The notes: a model not told the origin generated them from the letters alone. DNA of 64,000 nucleotides from Prasinococcaceae sp. CCMP 1430 (GCA_013416795.1 RQSC01000026.1:729213-793212); one strand, 5' to 3'; counted from the stretch's first letter, positions 9,227-19,770 are shown. Numbers and translations: made by a program.

Positions 9227-10561
9227 ATGTCAGACCCTGCAAGCGCGTCCGTGGGCGGCGGCGACGATGGGGCCCTTGGCAGGCAGACAAGGCGCCACTT
9301 CAGCGGGCACGTCCGCCGCGGCCCGCCTGTGGGGCCGGCATCCGCGTCCATCGTCTTTCCCGCGTCCATCGCCGTCCCCGCGTCCAGCCAGTCCAAGTTC
9401 GAAACGACGATGCACACGGCTCCGCGGGAGCGTGACGGCTTCGCGAGCCGCGTTGTGCGCTTCTCGGAACGCGCGAGCGACTCGCCGGGACCCGGCGAGT
9501 ACCACAAGGAGCACTCGTTCACCTTCTCGTCCGACTCCATATCAGCCAAGGGCTACGGCAGCGGATTCGTGTCAAAGGACAGACGGCTAAGCGCCGCGCG
9601 CAGGACCCGCACGCCAGGGCCCGGCTCGTACGCGCAGCTCAACGACACCATAGGCCTCCGCGCGAGCACCGGTGGCGCCGGCAACGGGGGTAACCTCGCG
9701 TGGCACGCGCGTGAGCGCGGCGCCGACGCCGCGAGTGTCCCCGCGCAGCGCACTCGAGCTTTCGCGAAGCCGCTCGAAAACACCGGCCCGCCGCACCGTT
9801 ACCGCGTGCAGGACAAGGGCGCACCCACGCCAGGGCCCGGTCAGTACAGTTCGGTGCTCGGGAGCGTGTCGCAGCTCAATGCTCCGTGCCCCACCGCGGG
9901 AGTCTTCAGGTCGACTTCCAGGAGGCTGCAGGAGGACGCCGCGCAGAAAGCCGCGCGAGGCAACCCCGGGCCCGACGCGTACACCCTCGTGCGCACCATG
10001 GACGCAGGCGAGGGCGTGTACGCACACCGGCGCATGGCCGAGAGCGCTAACTTCCGCTCGACGTCAAGGCGGAGCTGGGAGACTTACAGGGGAGGGCGGC
10101 GAGCCAATGCGATACCGGCCGTGCTCAGCGGGGACGGAGGGGGCGGCATGGGCGGGGGCTACGGCGCAGACGCCGCAGGCGGTGGTGCGGGCGGCGAGGG
10201 TTCACTACCTGGACCGGGCAGCTACCACGTGGGCGGTGACGACATCGCGGCGGCGACGGTGAGCGCGGGGCGCACGCCGTCGTCGATGTTCTCCAAGACC
10301 AATACCACGCGCTTCGGCGCACCCGTGGAGGCCAAGATAAACACACAATCCGTCCCGAGCCCGGGCGCGTACGCCAACGAGGCCAACACCGTCAAGGCGC
10401 GCGTGGGCAAGCGATCGGACAAGGGCGGGTCGCAGTTCATGGGCGGTACCGATGCTACCGACTCCGGCCCACTCTGTTTGAGCCCTGGTCCCTCTTCCTA
10501 CACGCCCAAGGTGATCGTCAAGAAGAGCTTCCACCTGAACAAGTCGTCGCGATGGATATGA
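9227..10561 (+). CDS. STPG1: Sperm-tail PG-rich repeat (SHIPPO-repeat) protein, STPG1-like ciliary protein
   Basis: Repeats SPGPGEY, TPGPGSY, TPGPGQY, NPGPDAY, LPGPGSY, VPSPGAY, SPGPSSY. N-terminal SKFET...ERDGFASRVVRF and C-terminal KKSFHLNKSSRWI follow the STPG1 pattern. TGTAA at 10601. Confidence 0.82.
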   Translation: MSDPASASVGGGDDGALGRQTRRHFSGHVRRGPPVGPASASIVFPASIAVPASSQSKFETTMHTAPRERDGFASRVVRFSERASDSPGPGEYHKEHSFTFSSDSISAKGYGSGFVSKDRRLSAARRTRTPGPGSYAQLNDTIGLRASTGGAGNGGNLAWHARERGADAASVPAQRTRAFAKPLENTGPPHRYRVQDKGAPTPGPGQYSSVLGSVSQLNAPCPTAGVFRSTSRRLQEDAAQKAARGNPGPDAYTLVRTMDAGEGVYAHRRMAESANFRSTSRRSWETYRGGRRANAIPAVLSGDGGGGMGGGYGADAAGGGAGGEGSLPGPGSYHVGGDDIAAATVSAGRTPSSMFSKTNTTRFGAPVEAKINTQSVPSPGAYANEANTVKARVGKRSDKGGSQFMGGTDATDSGPLCLSPGPSSYTPKVIVKKSFHLNKSSRWI

Positions 10562-10691
10562 TTTTCTCCTGCCGGCGCACGTGGAGAGGTGGCCACAGAC
10601 TGTAATATAGAGGGCGCCACAGAGCGCAATTGCGTACGAGCGCGCGTACTACCCCGCGACCAAATATTAGCGCCGGCCTGGACGCTACCTA

Positions 10692-12131
10692 TCAGAACGC
10701 GAGCGCATCGCGCACGGAGCACACGCGACCGTCGCGCATCCCCTTCTCGGCCGCGCGTACCATCGCTGCGTGTGCGTTTCCACGCTGCGCTGGCGGTACC
10801 CTCTCTGCAAGCTCGCACACAAGTAACGCGAGCGCTCGCGTCTCGGCGGCGCGCACGGCCGCGCCAGCGGAAGTCTGTGAGTCGTAGCCGAAGGCCGCGC
10901 CGAGGTCGATGAGCGTTGCGCTCCCATCATCGGACACCAGCACTACGAGCAGCCGGGAAATTGCCATGCAAGCGCGGGTGCAAATGCGCGTCAGCGCTAA
11001 CAGCCGCAGGGCGTGCGCGTGAGCCTGAGCATGCGCTTTGTCGTTGGCAGCACGCGCGCACCGTTGTGCGCGTAGATATCACCGTGGGCAATGGAACGAG
11101 CTTCCATGTGCGATGCTCCGGCAGCGACACCGCTGGCCACGCGGTGCGCCCAGGCCTCCGTGAAAGTCTCGTCTTGGCCGTAGCGACATCGAAGGACCTT
11201 GATGGAGTCCAGAGGTTTCTTGGCAAGTGGCCTACCCTCCACGAGCCTGAGCACAAGCCCCTGCCGCCCCCGCTCGTCGGCGCGCACGCGCGCGAGAGCT
11301 CGCGGCGCGTGCGGGCACTCGTCGCCCAGCCCGGCGACGAGCGCCATCTCGTCGGCCGCAGCGCCGTCAGGCGACACGTGCCCTCCATCAGCCGCTGCAA
11401 ATAGCTTGAGAGCGACGGGCTCGCCCGCATAACGAGCGCGTAGAACGTCACCTCCCGACGCCCCTCCAAATTCAGGGTCGTTGAGCGCGCGTTCGCCTGC
11501 TTCGAGCCGCAGATCGCCGGTAGCCCCACCCTCGAGGTCGCACACCGGCAGTGCTCGAAGCGCATCGTGCGCGTATCGCGGCGTCTCGAAGGCCGGGTTT
11601 GACGCTAGCGAAAGCCACCTGAGGCAGGGAGCAAAGAGTGCGTCGCTCACGCGGTCCTCGGACTCGATCGCGTTCACCGGCACGCGCAGCAGCTCGAGTT
11701 CTTTCAGGCGTGCAACCTCGCGCGGCAAGGAGCGCAGTTTGTTGCTTGAAGCCTGAAGCTTGCGGAGGGAACTGAGCTGGCCGATCTGTGCTGGTAGCTC
11801 GGTCAGCGCGTTGTCGGTGAGGAAGAGAGCAGTGAGGGAGGTGAGGAAGCCGATGGTCGACGGTAATGCGTTCAGCTTGTTGGACTTGAGGCCAAGGAGT
11901 GTGATGTGCTCGGTCATCGCGCTGCCGACGGCGACGTCGGGCAGTGCCGTGAGCTCATTGCCCATCAGGTTAAGCGAACGTAGCGGGAGGGCGTACAACG
12001 CGGCCACGCCATCCGCCTCGGCGTCGGTGAGCCCGCAGCCGGCGAGCCCCGCAGCGAGCGGCGGCGACTCGCTCGCCGCCAGCCCGCGCGCCGCTCGCAG
12101 GCTCGGCGGCCGCCTGTGGCGCCCCCCCCAT
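10692..12131 (-). CDS. LRR-containing protein kinase of the bacterial-type LRR-kinase family; intron 10943-11061; start uncertain
   Basis: LRRs (LGLKSNKLNALP, LFLTDNALTELP, KLQASSNKLRSLP, LRWLSLASNP), then GGASGGDV, VALKLF, SPDG..ADEM, spliced HGDIYAHNVL and DLGAAFGY. The ATG at 12131 is one base out of frame across a G8 homopolymer (possible indel error). Confidence 0.85.
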
Positions 12132-12344
12132 GCCAGCCGCGCCCCTCAGAGTAACGGCCGCCCGCCCCGACGCGCGCTCGAGGGCGCGCGCGCGCAAAAC
12201 GTGGTATCATCGCGGCCGCGCGCGAACGCCGAGCCGAGCTCCCTCCCGGCGGCAAGTCATTACAGTAAAAAAACCAGTGGCCGGAGCTGTGGTGATGGGC
12301 GATGATTATACGTCTAGTACTATGAATGAAATACCCACGGGAGC

Positions 12345-12923
12345 CTACTGTATTTTTTGGTGAATTTTTTTGTGTCGGTTTCGTGGAGATTTTTTGGGGG
12401 GTTGGGGAGAGAATCTGTGCTGACTGTGCGCAGGCGTGCGTGTGGGGGGCGTGTGGGATGCGCGTGCGGGCGGAGGGTGGGCGATGGAGGCTAACGACGC
12501 CGCGAGTGGCGGCAGCGGCTTCGTGTCGGCCTCCAGCGCGGCGCGCGCCGCGCCGCCGCGCGAGAGGGAGCGCAGCGCGGCATCGCACTCCGCAGCCATC
12601 GCGTGCGCCTCGGAGAGGTCGCGGGCGCAGCATTCGAGCTCGTCTGTGGACGCTCCGAGGTCGCAGGCTCGGCGCTCCGCGTGCTCTCGCACGCGCTCGA
12701 AGCCGTCCGAGGCGTCCAGGCCCGAGCGGGCGAGGGAGGCGAGGGAGGGGATGGGGTCTTCGTTGTGTGCGAGGGCGGCGCGCGCGAGGGCGAGGGCGTG
12801 AGATGCGCGTGCTGAGGGGGGAAGGCGCTGCTGGTGGGAGTGCGGATGGGGGCGGGGGAGCTGGTGCGGCTGCGCGGGCGCGGCCGACGGCGGCGTGCGC
12901 ACGCCCGAGGTGGCCTTCCTCAT
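12345..12923 (-). CDS. Possible hypothetical helical protein (ambiguous)
   Basis: High-GC3 codons in EDPIPSLASLARSGLDASDGFERVREHAERRACDLGASTDELECCARDLSEAHAMAAECDAAL; TGTAA on the minus strand at 12260-12264. Conflicts with plus-strand intron signals at 12420-12433. Confidence 0.3.
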   Translation of the reverse strand: MRKATSGVRTPPSAAPAQPHQLPRPHPHSHQQRLPPSARASHALALARAALAHNEDPIPSLASLARSGLDASDGFERVREHAERRACDLGASTDELECCARDLSEAHAMAAECDAALRSLSRGGAARAALEADTKPLPPLAASLASIAHPPPARASHTPPTRTPAHSQHRFSPQPPKKSPRNRHKKIHQKIQ

Positions 12924-13257
12924 GGGCGAGCTGGAGTGCCGCGACGAGGCGGAGGCGGTCAAGTGGATGTCGTGGCTCGAGTCGGAGGGCTTCAAGTTCG
13001 ACCTGGAAAAGGCGACGGCGCGCCTCGACGGGATGCGTGCCGCGCACGAGCTCGAGTTTGGAGGGCGGGTCAAGGAAGTCCCTTTCACGCTCCCCAAGAC
13101 GCGCCCCGGTCGAGCGCTCCTCATGAAGCAATGCGCCGTAAGGACTGGCGGCGGAGAAAAAGGAGGAGGAGTGGCAAGGCGGTGGAAAGAGGGCGGTGGG
13201 CCGCAAGAGGGCGAAGGCCTGCAAGGCATGCTCGGCAAACTCTTCGGGCGGAAGTAG
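12922..13257 (+). CDS. Hypothetical protein (possibly the 3' part of a longer, frameshifted gene)
   Basis: MGELECRDEAEAVKWMSWLESEGFKFDLEKATARLDG... has strongly G/C-ending codons (about 64 of 75 by hand count) and normal K/W/F content. Confidence 0.55.
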   Translation: MGELECRDEAEAVKWMSWLESEGFKFDLEKATARLDGMRAAHELEFGGRVKEVPFTLPKTRPGRALLMKQCAVRTGGGEKGGGVARRWKEGGGPQEGEGLQGMLGKLFGRK

Positions 13258-13445
13258 AGGCCGCAAATACGCGCGCTCGTCGTACAAATGCGCGCGGTCG
13301 CGCGAACCCATGCGCAGTTGTTCATGCGTCAGTTATGTTACGGACTTGCGACGACCCCGGCGCTTCTGCTGGCGCCGAGTTCTGAGTCCGCTGGTGCAAG
13401 CCTGCTCCGGCGGCACTGCCACAGGCTGCGAACGCACCGCACATT

Positions 13446-13446
<1 letters not shown>

Positions 13447-13495
<49 letters not shown>
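13447..13495 (+). repeat. Poly-C tract (49 nt) followed by (CA)n
   Basis: Read directly from the sequence. Confidence 0.95.
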
Positions 13496-13698
13496 TTTCC
13501 CCCTTCTCCTCTGCCACACACACACACACAGGCACCCTCCTGCCTTGTCGGTTGCGCGTGTGCACAGTGTGCGTGCGCGTTTAGGCGACGCACGCACATG
13601 CGCACACGCCTTCAGTGAGGGTCGCCAGCATTAGGACATACGCAGAGCCGGCCGAAGGGCGCGTGCGACCGGCTCCGGGGCACGCTGGCGCGCTGCGC

Positions 13699-16600
13699 TC
13701 ACATGCATGGGGCGCGCGCGCGGCCGAAGGCCGCGCCCATCACGAAGGTTGCGGCCGCGCTGAGCACCGCCACGAGGCAGGGCATGACGATGTTGCCCTC
13801 GCGCACGGCTGGCTCCTGCAGGATGGCGAGCTTCTTGCGCGCCACCTCGAGCGCGACGCGCGTCGTCGTGAGCTCGCCCTGTAGCAGCTCGGCGTTGGCC
13901 TGGAGGGCCGCGCTGGTCACCGCGTGCACCTTGCCGGCCGTCTTGAGCTCTTCGAGCTCGTCGCGCAGGGAGGCGGCGCCGCGGGCCGCGACGAGCTTCG
14001 CCCGCCGCGCACCGCGCGCCATGGACGCGCGCGCGCGCTCGGCAATCTCCGCGTCCACGCGCGCTGCCTCGGCTTGCGAGGTGGCGATGGCGAGCTCGGC
14101 CTTCAGAGCCACGACGGTGTTGGCCAACTCGGCCTTCTCGGCGCCCAGGGCGGTCACGCACGCGGACGCTTCCTCGGCCGACTCCTCCGCGCGGGCCGAC
14201 GCCTCCATGGCCGCCTGGACGTCAGCCTCCAGCTCCGAGCTGCGCTTCGCAGCGGCCTCGGCATTCGCCAGGGCGGCGTCGCGCGCTGCGAGCGCGGACA
14301 GACACTCAGCGCGCGCCGCGGCCGCCTCGGCGGAGGCGCTCTCCAGTCGCGCCTGCGCGTCGGCGGAGCCAGCCTTTGCAGCCGCAAGCTCGGCAATCGT
14401 GCGGCGGGCGAACTCATTGCTCGCCTCAATGCGCCTCGCCTTGTCTTCGGCGGCAACCTTGAGCTTGTTGCACATCTTGGTTGCGAACGTGTTCGAGGCG
14501 TCGTTGCGCCTCTTCAGGTCCGCGGCAGCCTGGAGCGCGGCCTCGCGCGCGTCGGCGGCGACGCGCTCCGCCTGCTCGCGCGACGCCGCGAGCTCCGCGG
14601 CGAGCGCATCCCTCTCTGCGTGTGCGCTGGCCTCGACGCGCTCCATCTCCTCCTGCGCGGCGGCCAGCTCATCAGCAAGCGCATCCTTCTCAGCGATGGC
14701 GGACTCGAGCTCCTCGGACTTGGCGACGATCTGCACCCTCAGCTCGGCCTTCTGGGCCTCGGCGAGGTCGTCAGCCGCCGAGGCCTTCGCCTGCGTAGCC
14801 ACGAGTCCCGCTGCCAGCGCGTCGCAGCGGCTCTTGGCCTCTGCAGCTACGGTCTCGGCTGCGGTCGCGCGCGCGCGCGCATCCTTGAGCGCACTCGCCT
14901 GGTCCCGGCGCGCCATCTTGAGAGCGCCGGCCAGCGCGTCGCGCCGGGCATCGGCGTCGGCAGCGCGCGCCTCCGCGGCGTCCGCGCGTGCGCCCTCGGA
15001 GTCTGCATGCGCGCGCAGCCGCTCAGCCGCGGCTGTGTGCTCCGCGGCGATGAGCTGCAGCTCGCGGCACTCGATGGCCTTGGCACGCGCGGCGCCTGAG
15101 AGTGCCTCCACGCGCCTCGACGCCCTGGCAAGCTCAACCTCGAGCGCGTCCTTCTCCGACTGCAGCGCCTCCGTGACGGTTGCGGTCGTCGCAACGCCCT
15201 CGGCGTGCGCGGCGTGCGCAGCGGCCAGCTCGTTCTTCAGAGCGGTCAGAGCGGCGTCGCGCTCGCGCACCTCATTTGAGAGGGCCACTCCCTCTGCGGT
15301 CAGGCGTGCCGCCTCCTGCGCGGCAAACTTCGCTGCCGCAGACGCGGCGGCGGCCTCGGCCTGAGCATTGGCGCGCGCGGCATCGCGCTCCGCTGCCACC
15401 GCCGCCAAACGCTCCGCCGCCTCTGCCGCGTCTTGCATTGCGCGCTCCTCCGAGAAACGCGCGGCCTCAATAGCTGCCTGCTCGCGAGACGTGGCCGCTT
15501 CAAGGTTTTCTTTCACCTCTTCGAGTTCCTGCTGGGTCGCCTTGAGCTTGGCGAAGGCCATGTCACGAACACGAATCGCGCCCTCGAAGCGCGCCGCCGA
15601 GCGCTCGCTGAGCTCCTCAGCATCCACGAGGCGATTCGTCAGCCCGGTCACCTTCGCCTCAGCTGCACGCTCGGCAGCTGCTGCTGCCGCCTTAGCGGTG
15701 GCCGCGTCCGACTCAATCTGCCTGAGCCGTGCGCGGAGCTTGGTGGCGGCAGACTCGGCCACGGCCATTGCGGCCTCTGCACTCGCAGCGCGCGTCTCGC
15801 TGGCCTCGAGGGCCTCTGCGTGCGCAACTTGCGCGGCGTGGAGAGCACGCTCTGCCGCGTGTGCACCAGCCTTGGCCTCCTCTGCCTCGGCCTGGGCGCT
15901 CTCGCTCGCGCGCTGCGAGTTTGAGGCAGACTTGGCAGCCGCATCCGCAAGTGCGCGCATGGCATCCGAGTCCGTCTTGGCGGCGTGGGCATCGGCGACG
16001 GCCTCTTCGGCCCTCGTCACGGCCGCCGCCTCAGCAGCCCTCGCTTCATCGGCGCCGCGCTGGGCCTCGCTCGCAGCGCGAAGAGCTTCCGCCATCTCGC
16101 GCTTCGCCTCGGCTGCTGCGGCGGCCTCTTCAGCACTGCGAGCCTTCGCGCCCGCAGCTTCGGCCCTTGCGACCTCCGCGCCGCTCTCGGCGTTTGCCAC
16201 CCGCGCTTCCGCCGCTGCGAGAGTGCGCTTGAAGGTTTCCAGCTGGCCCTGCGCTGCAGAGAGCTCGCCCTGCGCGTCCTTGAGTTTCTTGAAGGTTATG
16301 TCTCGCACCCGCACGGCGCCCTCGGCGTGCGCCTTGGCCTCTTCCATGGCGGCCGCAGCGTCAACCTCGGCCTGCTTGAGGCTTGCGAGCAGCTCGGACG
16401 CGGTCGCCTCGGCCTCGGCCTTGCCGGCCTCGGCAATCGCAGCGCGCGCCTGCACCTCCTCAGCCGCGGAGGCGTGCGCCGCCTGGGCTGCCTCCATCGC
16501 GCGCTGAGCCGCCTTGGCGTCTTCAAGTGCGGCGCGCGCGGCCGTCTGCGCGTCGGCCATCGCGCGCTCCGACTTCGCCGCCGCCTTCGCGGCAGCCTCG

Positions 16601-17780
16601 GCCACGGCGCGCGACGCCTTCGCGTCCGTCTTCGCAGCGGCGGCGTCGGCGAGCGCCTCGTCGGCCTTGGCGAGCGCGGCCGCCTCGCTCGCCTGCGCGG
16701 CCTCCATCCCGCGCGTGGCCTCGGCGGCGGCGCGCTCCGCGGCGGACGCATCGCGCTTCAGCGACGCGACGGCCTGGGACAGCTCCGCGACGCTCGCCTT
16801 GGCGGCCCCGAGCTCGGAGTGGAGGGCCGCTGCGCGCGCCTCCGCGTCCGCCAGGCGCGCTTTTCGCGCCGCGAGCTCTGCCTGCAACCCGGCGAGCTCC
16901 CCCTGCTTGGCCTCGACCTCGGCCTGCGTGGCCTTGAGCTTGTGGAAGGCCAGGTCGCGCACTTTGACCGCCCCCTCGAGGCGGGCCTGGGCGTCGCTGA
17001 CCGCGGCCGCGGCGTCGGCCTCCGTCTGCTTGAGGCTTGCGAGTAGCTCGGCTACCGCCGCTTCGGCCTCGTGCTTGCCGGCCTCGGCGCTGGCGGCGCG
17101 CGCCTTGCTTCGCTCGAGGGCAGCGGCGTGCGCGCTCTTGGCGGCGCCCAGCTCGCGCTCGGCGGCGCGGGCATCGGCGGCGGCGCGCGCGACGGCTTGC
17201 TCGGCGCNGATCGGAAGGCGAGCCCGTCGGTGCGCTTGTGGGCGTGACCGTCGGGGCTGCGGATGGTGCGCTCGCGGGAGCGCCACTTGGGGCGCTCGTA
17301 GGTGTAGCAGTGGGTGGTTCGTTCGGGACGGGGTCGATGATCTCGTAGTACGGCTCGGGCTCGGGCTCGGGCACCACCACCGGAGAGGCTGTCGGCGCCT
17401 TGGTCGGAAGGCCGGCCACGCAGCGCGGGCTGTCGGCGAAGCCGCTCTTGGTGCCGTACCCGCACGCCTGCGTGAGCACACGCCGGAACGTTGGGTAGAC
17501 GGGGAGAGCAGGGAAAGGAGCAGAAGGCGGAGTGCAGGAGAGCGTCAACGCCCGAACGCAGCAGACCTGGCGCAACAAGCATCAGACGCCGCGAGTCTAC
17601 CCACATCGCGCACGCTCGGCACGCACCTCGCAGGCGTCGAGGCAGCACTGCTCGCCTCCCGCGGCTGGAGCCGCCGTGAACGTCGGTATCGCGATGGGCA
17701 GCTCCTCGTCGCCCTCTGACGGGGTGAGCCGTTCCGGGATGATTGGGATGAAGCCAGGGACGCGGGCGGCGCGGCGGCGG
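13699..17780 (-). CDS. Giant Ala-rich coiled-coil protein with Cys-containing N-terminal part, Pro/Thr/Ser stalk and C-terminal membrane anchor (frame switch at N 17208; intron about 17468-17628; start unresolved)
   Basis: EQCCLDACE|ACGYGTKSGFADSPRCVAG, then PTATPTSAPSGAPASAPSAAPTVTPTSAPTGSP, more than 1100 aa of heptad-like A/E/K/R sequence, and hydrophobic C-terminus IVMPCLVAVLSAAATFVMGAAFG. Confidence 0.8.
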
Positions 17781-18450
17781 CCATGCTGGCCCCTGCGGGC
17801 TCCGTCGGGGCGGTCGGGAGGCGCGGCGGGACGGCGGGGGCCGTTGCGCGAGGCGCGCACCTTGTGGCAAACCCCAAGGCACACCCGCCACACTCCCGAT
17901 CGCACCGACCGGACGCACACAAGCACACACACACACACGTGCCCACACACAATCCCCTCCCCCCCCCCACACACACAAACACCACACACGCACACACGCA
18001 CACACGCGCACACGCGCGCGCGCGCACACGACACGCGCGCGCGTCCGCGCGATGCGCACATTCGGATTCGCGCGCCTCTCGGCGCCTTTTCCCGGATTCC
18101 TCCCCGGGTCCCCCCCCCGTCGCCGGAACCCCACTCGATGTCTTGCATCGCATTCGCCGCCCTTCGCCCCCGGCGGCCCCCCGTTGGGATTCCGCCTTCC
18201 AACCGGCTTCGGGCGTTCCAACCCGGGGTTCCAACTTTCAACCCCATCCGATCCGCGCTTCGGCCCAAGCGCGCGCGGAAGCCGACGCGCGCCATCAAAA
18301 CGCATCCGAGTCGGGGCAACGGTCACTAACGGCGCCCGACGCCGGGATGCCGTACGGCGGGACGCGTTTTGATGGGCGCGTGAGCGCACGTCAAAACGCA
18401 CCCGATCGCGCGCCGGGCGCCGAGGGCGCGCGCGCGCGCGCGGGGGGGGG

Positions 18451-18516
18451 ACGTCACAACGCAAGGCGCGCGGCAACGTCACAACGCAGGGCGCGCGTCA
18501 ACGTCAAAACGCACGG
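18451..18516 (+). repeat. 25-bp tandem repeat (about 2.6 copies) carrying the CGTCA[A/C]AACGCA motif in a divergent promoter
   Basis: ACGTCACAACGCAAGGCGCGCGGCA / ACGTCACAACGCAGGGCGCGCGTCA / ACGTCAAAACGCACGG starting at 18451, 18476 and 18501. Confidence 0.85.
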
Positions 18517-19059
18517 CGATTTTCCTTTTTTCTTTTTTCGGTGTTTCTTTTTCTTTTTCTTTTTCTTTTTCTTTTTCTTTGCGGGGGGGAATGCGGCGCG
18601 CGGACGCGGATGGGATGCGAGGACGGGCCATCAAAATGAGAGGTGACCATCAAATCGCAAGGAGGACGCTTTTGGATCGCGCGGGGCGGTGCGCGCGCGC
18701 GCGCGCGCGCGGGCGGTGGGCGGGAGGGGTGTGGGTGTCGGCTGCAGGAGGACATCCACGTGAACCTCCTGCCGGCCGAGCGCGCGATTTATCTGGAGGA
18801 AAGAGGGGGGGCGAGACGAGGCGAGACGAGGCGGGGTAGGGCCTGCCTGCGAGTGCGCGGGGCAGGGCGGGAGCGCGGTTTCCCGGGGGTGGGCCGGCCG
18901 CCGCAGCCATCGGTGGACCGTGCGTGAGGGCCGCGACCGACGCCACCATCGCGCTCGCCCCGCGTGGGAAAGACCCCCGCGCAGTCGAGCAAAGGCGCCG
19001 CGGCGAGTAGGTGGGTGGGTGAATAAAGGGGTTGGAGGCAGCGGCGGCAGCCCGCGGCG

Positions 19060-19770
19060 ATGCTGGACCCATCGGCCCCGGCGGCGGGTGCGCGACCTGC
19101 CGACAGAAGTCGCGCTGCGCCGTCGATGCGCAACCGGCAGCAGCACGCGAGTCCCAACGTCACCAACGCGCTGGCGTGGGACACGTCGGCGGCGGACAAA
19201 TTCGACAGTCGCCGCTGGGACTGCACGGTACGCCATGACGGCTCGACCAACCCGGTGAGGCAGCTCGACCGCGTCACAGGCGAAGCGCGGCCCCGGATGA
19301 GCTATTCAGAACTGAACAAGTCCATGCAAATTCCCACCGTGTCGCGCAGGGAGCGCAAGGGCAGCCTGCGGTACATGTTCCCCGGAGCGACCGGTCAGCA
19401 GCCGCCGCCGCCCGAGGAGAAAACCCCGCCGGCGCTGAAGCAGGTGCACGGCTACAACATCATCAAGAATTCCAGCGGCGACAAGGATGCGGACAGCGCG
19501 TTCGCCGCCAAGGAGAGAGAGCAGTGGAAGCGCCGGAACACGCAGGCCCTCGCTGCAGTACCCGTGAACCAACGCGATCGCGGCTACAATGTGGTGAGCG
19601 GCGTGGAGTATGACACGGAGCGTGCCGCGCGAGAGCAGAAGGCGGAGCGCGCCGCGCTCGACCGTCGTTACCACCTCGTGCGGCAAATGGCAGAGAAAGA
19701 AGAGGCGCGGCGCAACCAGCCGGTGCGACAGGACAAGCGCCTCGGCCTCGCCCCTCAATGGGTAAACTAA
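19060..19770 (+). CDS. Hypothetical hydrophilic protein with two GYN[IV][IV] motifs (candidate ciliary microtubule-associated protein); a possible upstream exon lies at about 18748-18830
   Basis: Coding-like codon usage; HGYNIIKN and RGYNVVSGVEY; TGTAA at 19844. Confidence 0.7.
   Translation: MLDPSAPAAGARPADRSRAAPSMRNRQQHASPNVTNALAWDTSAADKFDSRRWDCTVRHDGSTNPVRQLDRVTGEARPRMSYSELNKSMQIPTVSRRERKGSLRYMFPGATGQQPPPPEEKTPPALKQVHGYNIIKNSSGDKDADSAFAAKEREQWKRRNTQALAAVPVNQRDRGYNVVSGVEYDTERAAREQKAERAALDRRYHLVRQMAEKEEARRNQPVRQDKRLGLAPQWVN

Noticed and set aside
18451-18516. 25-bp repeats as a possible CRISPR array
   Set aside because: No unique spacers, eukaryotic context, no cas genes.
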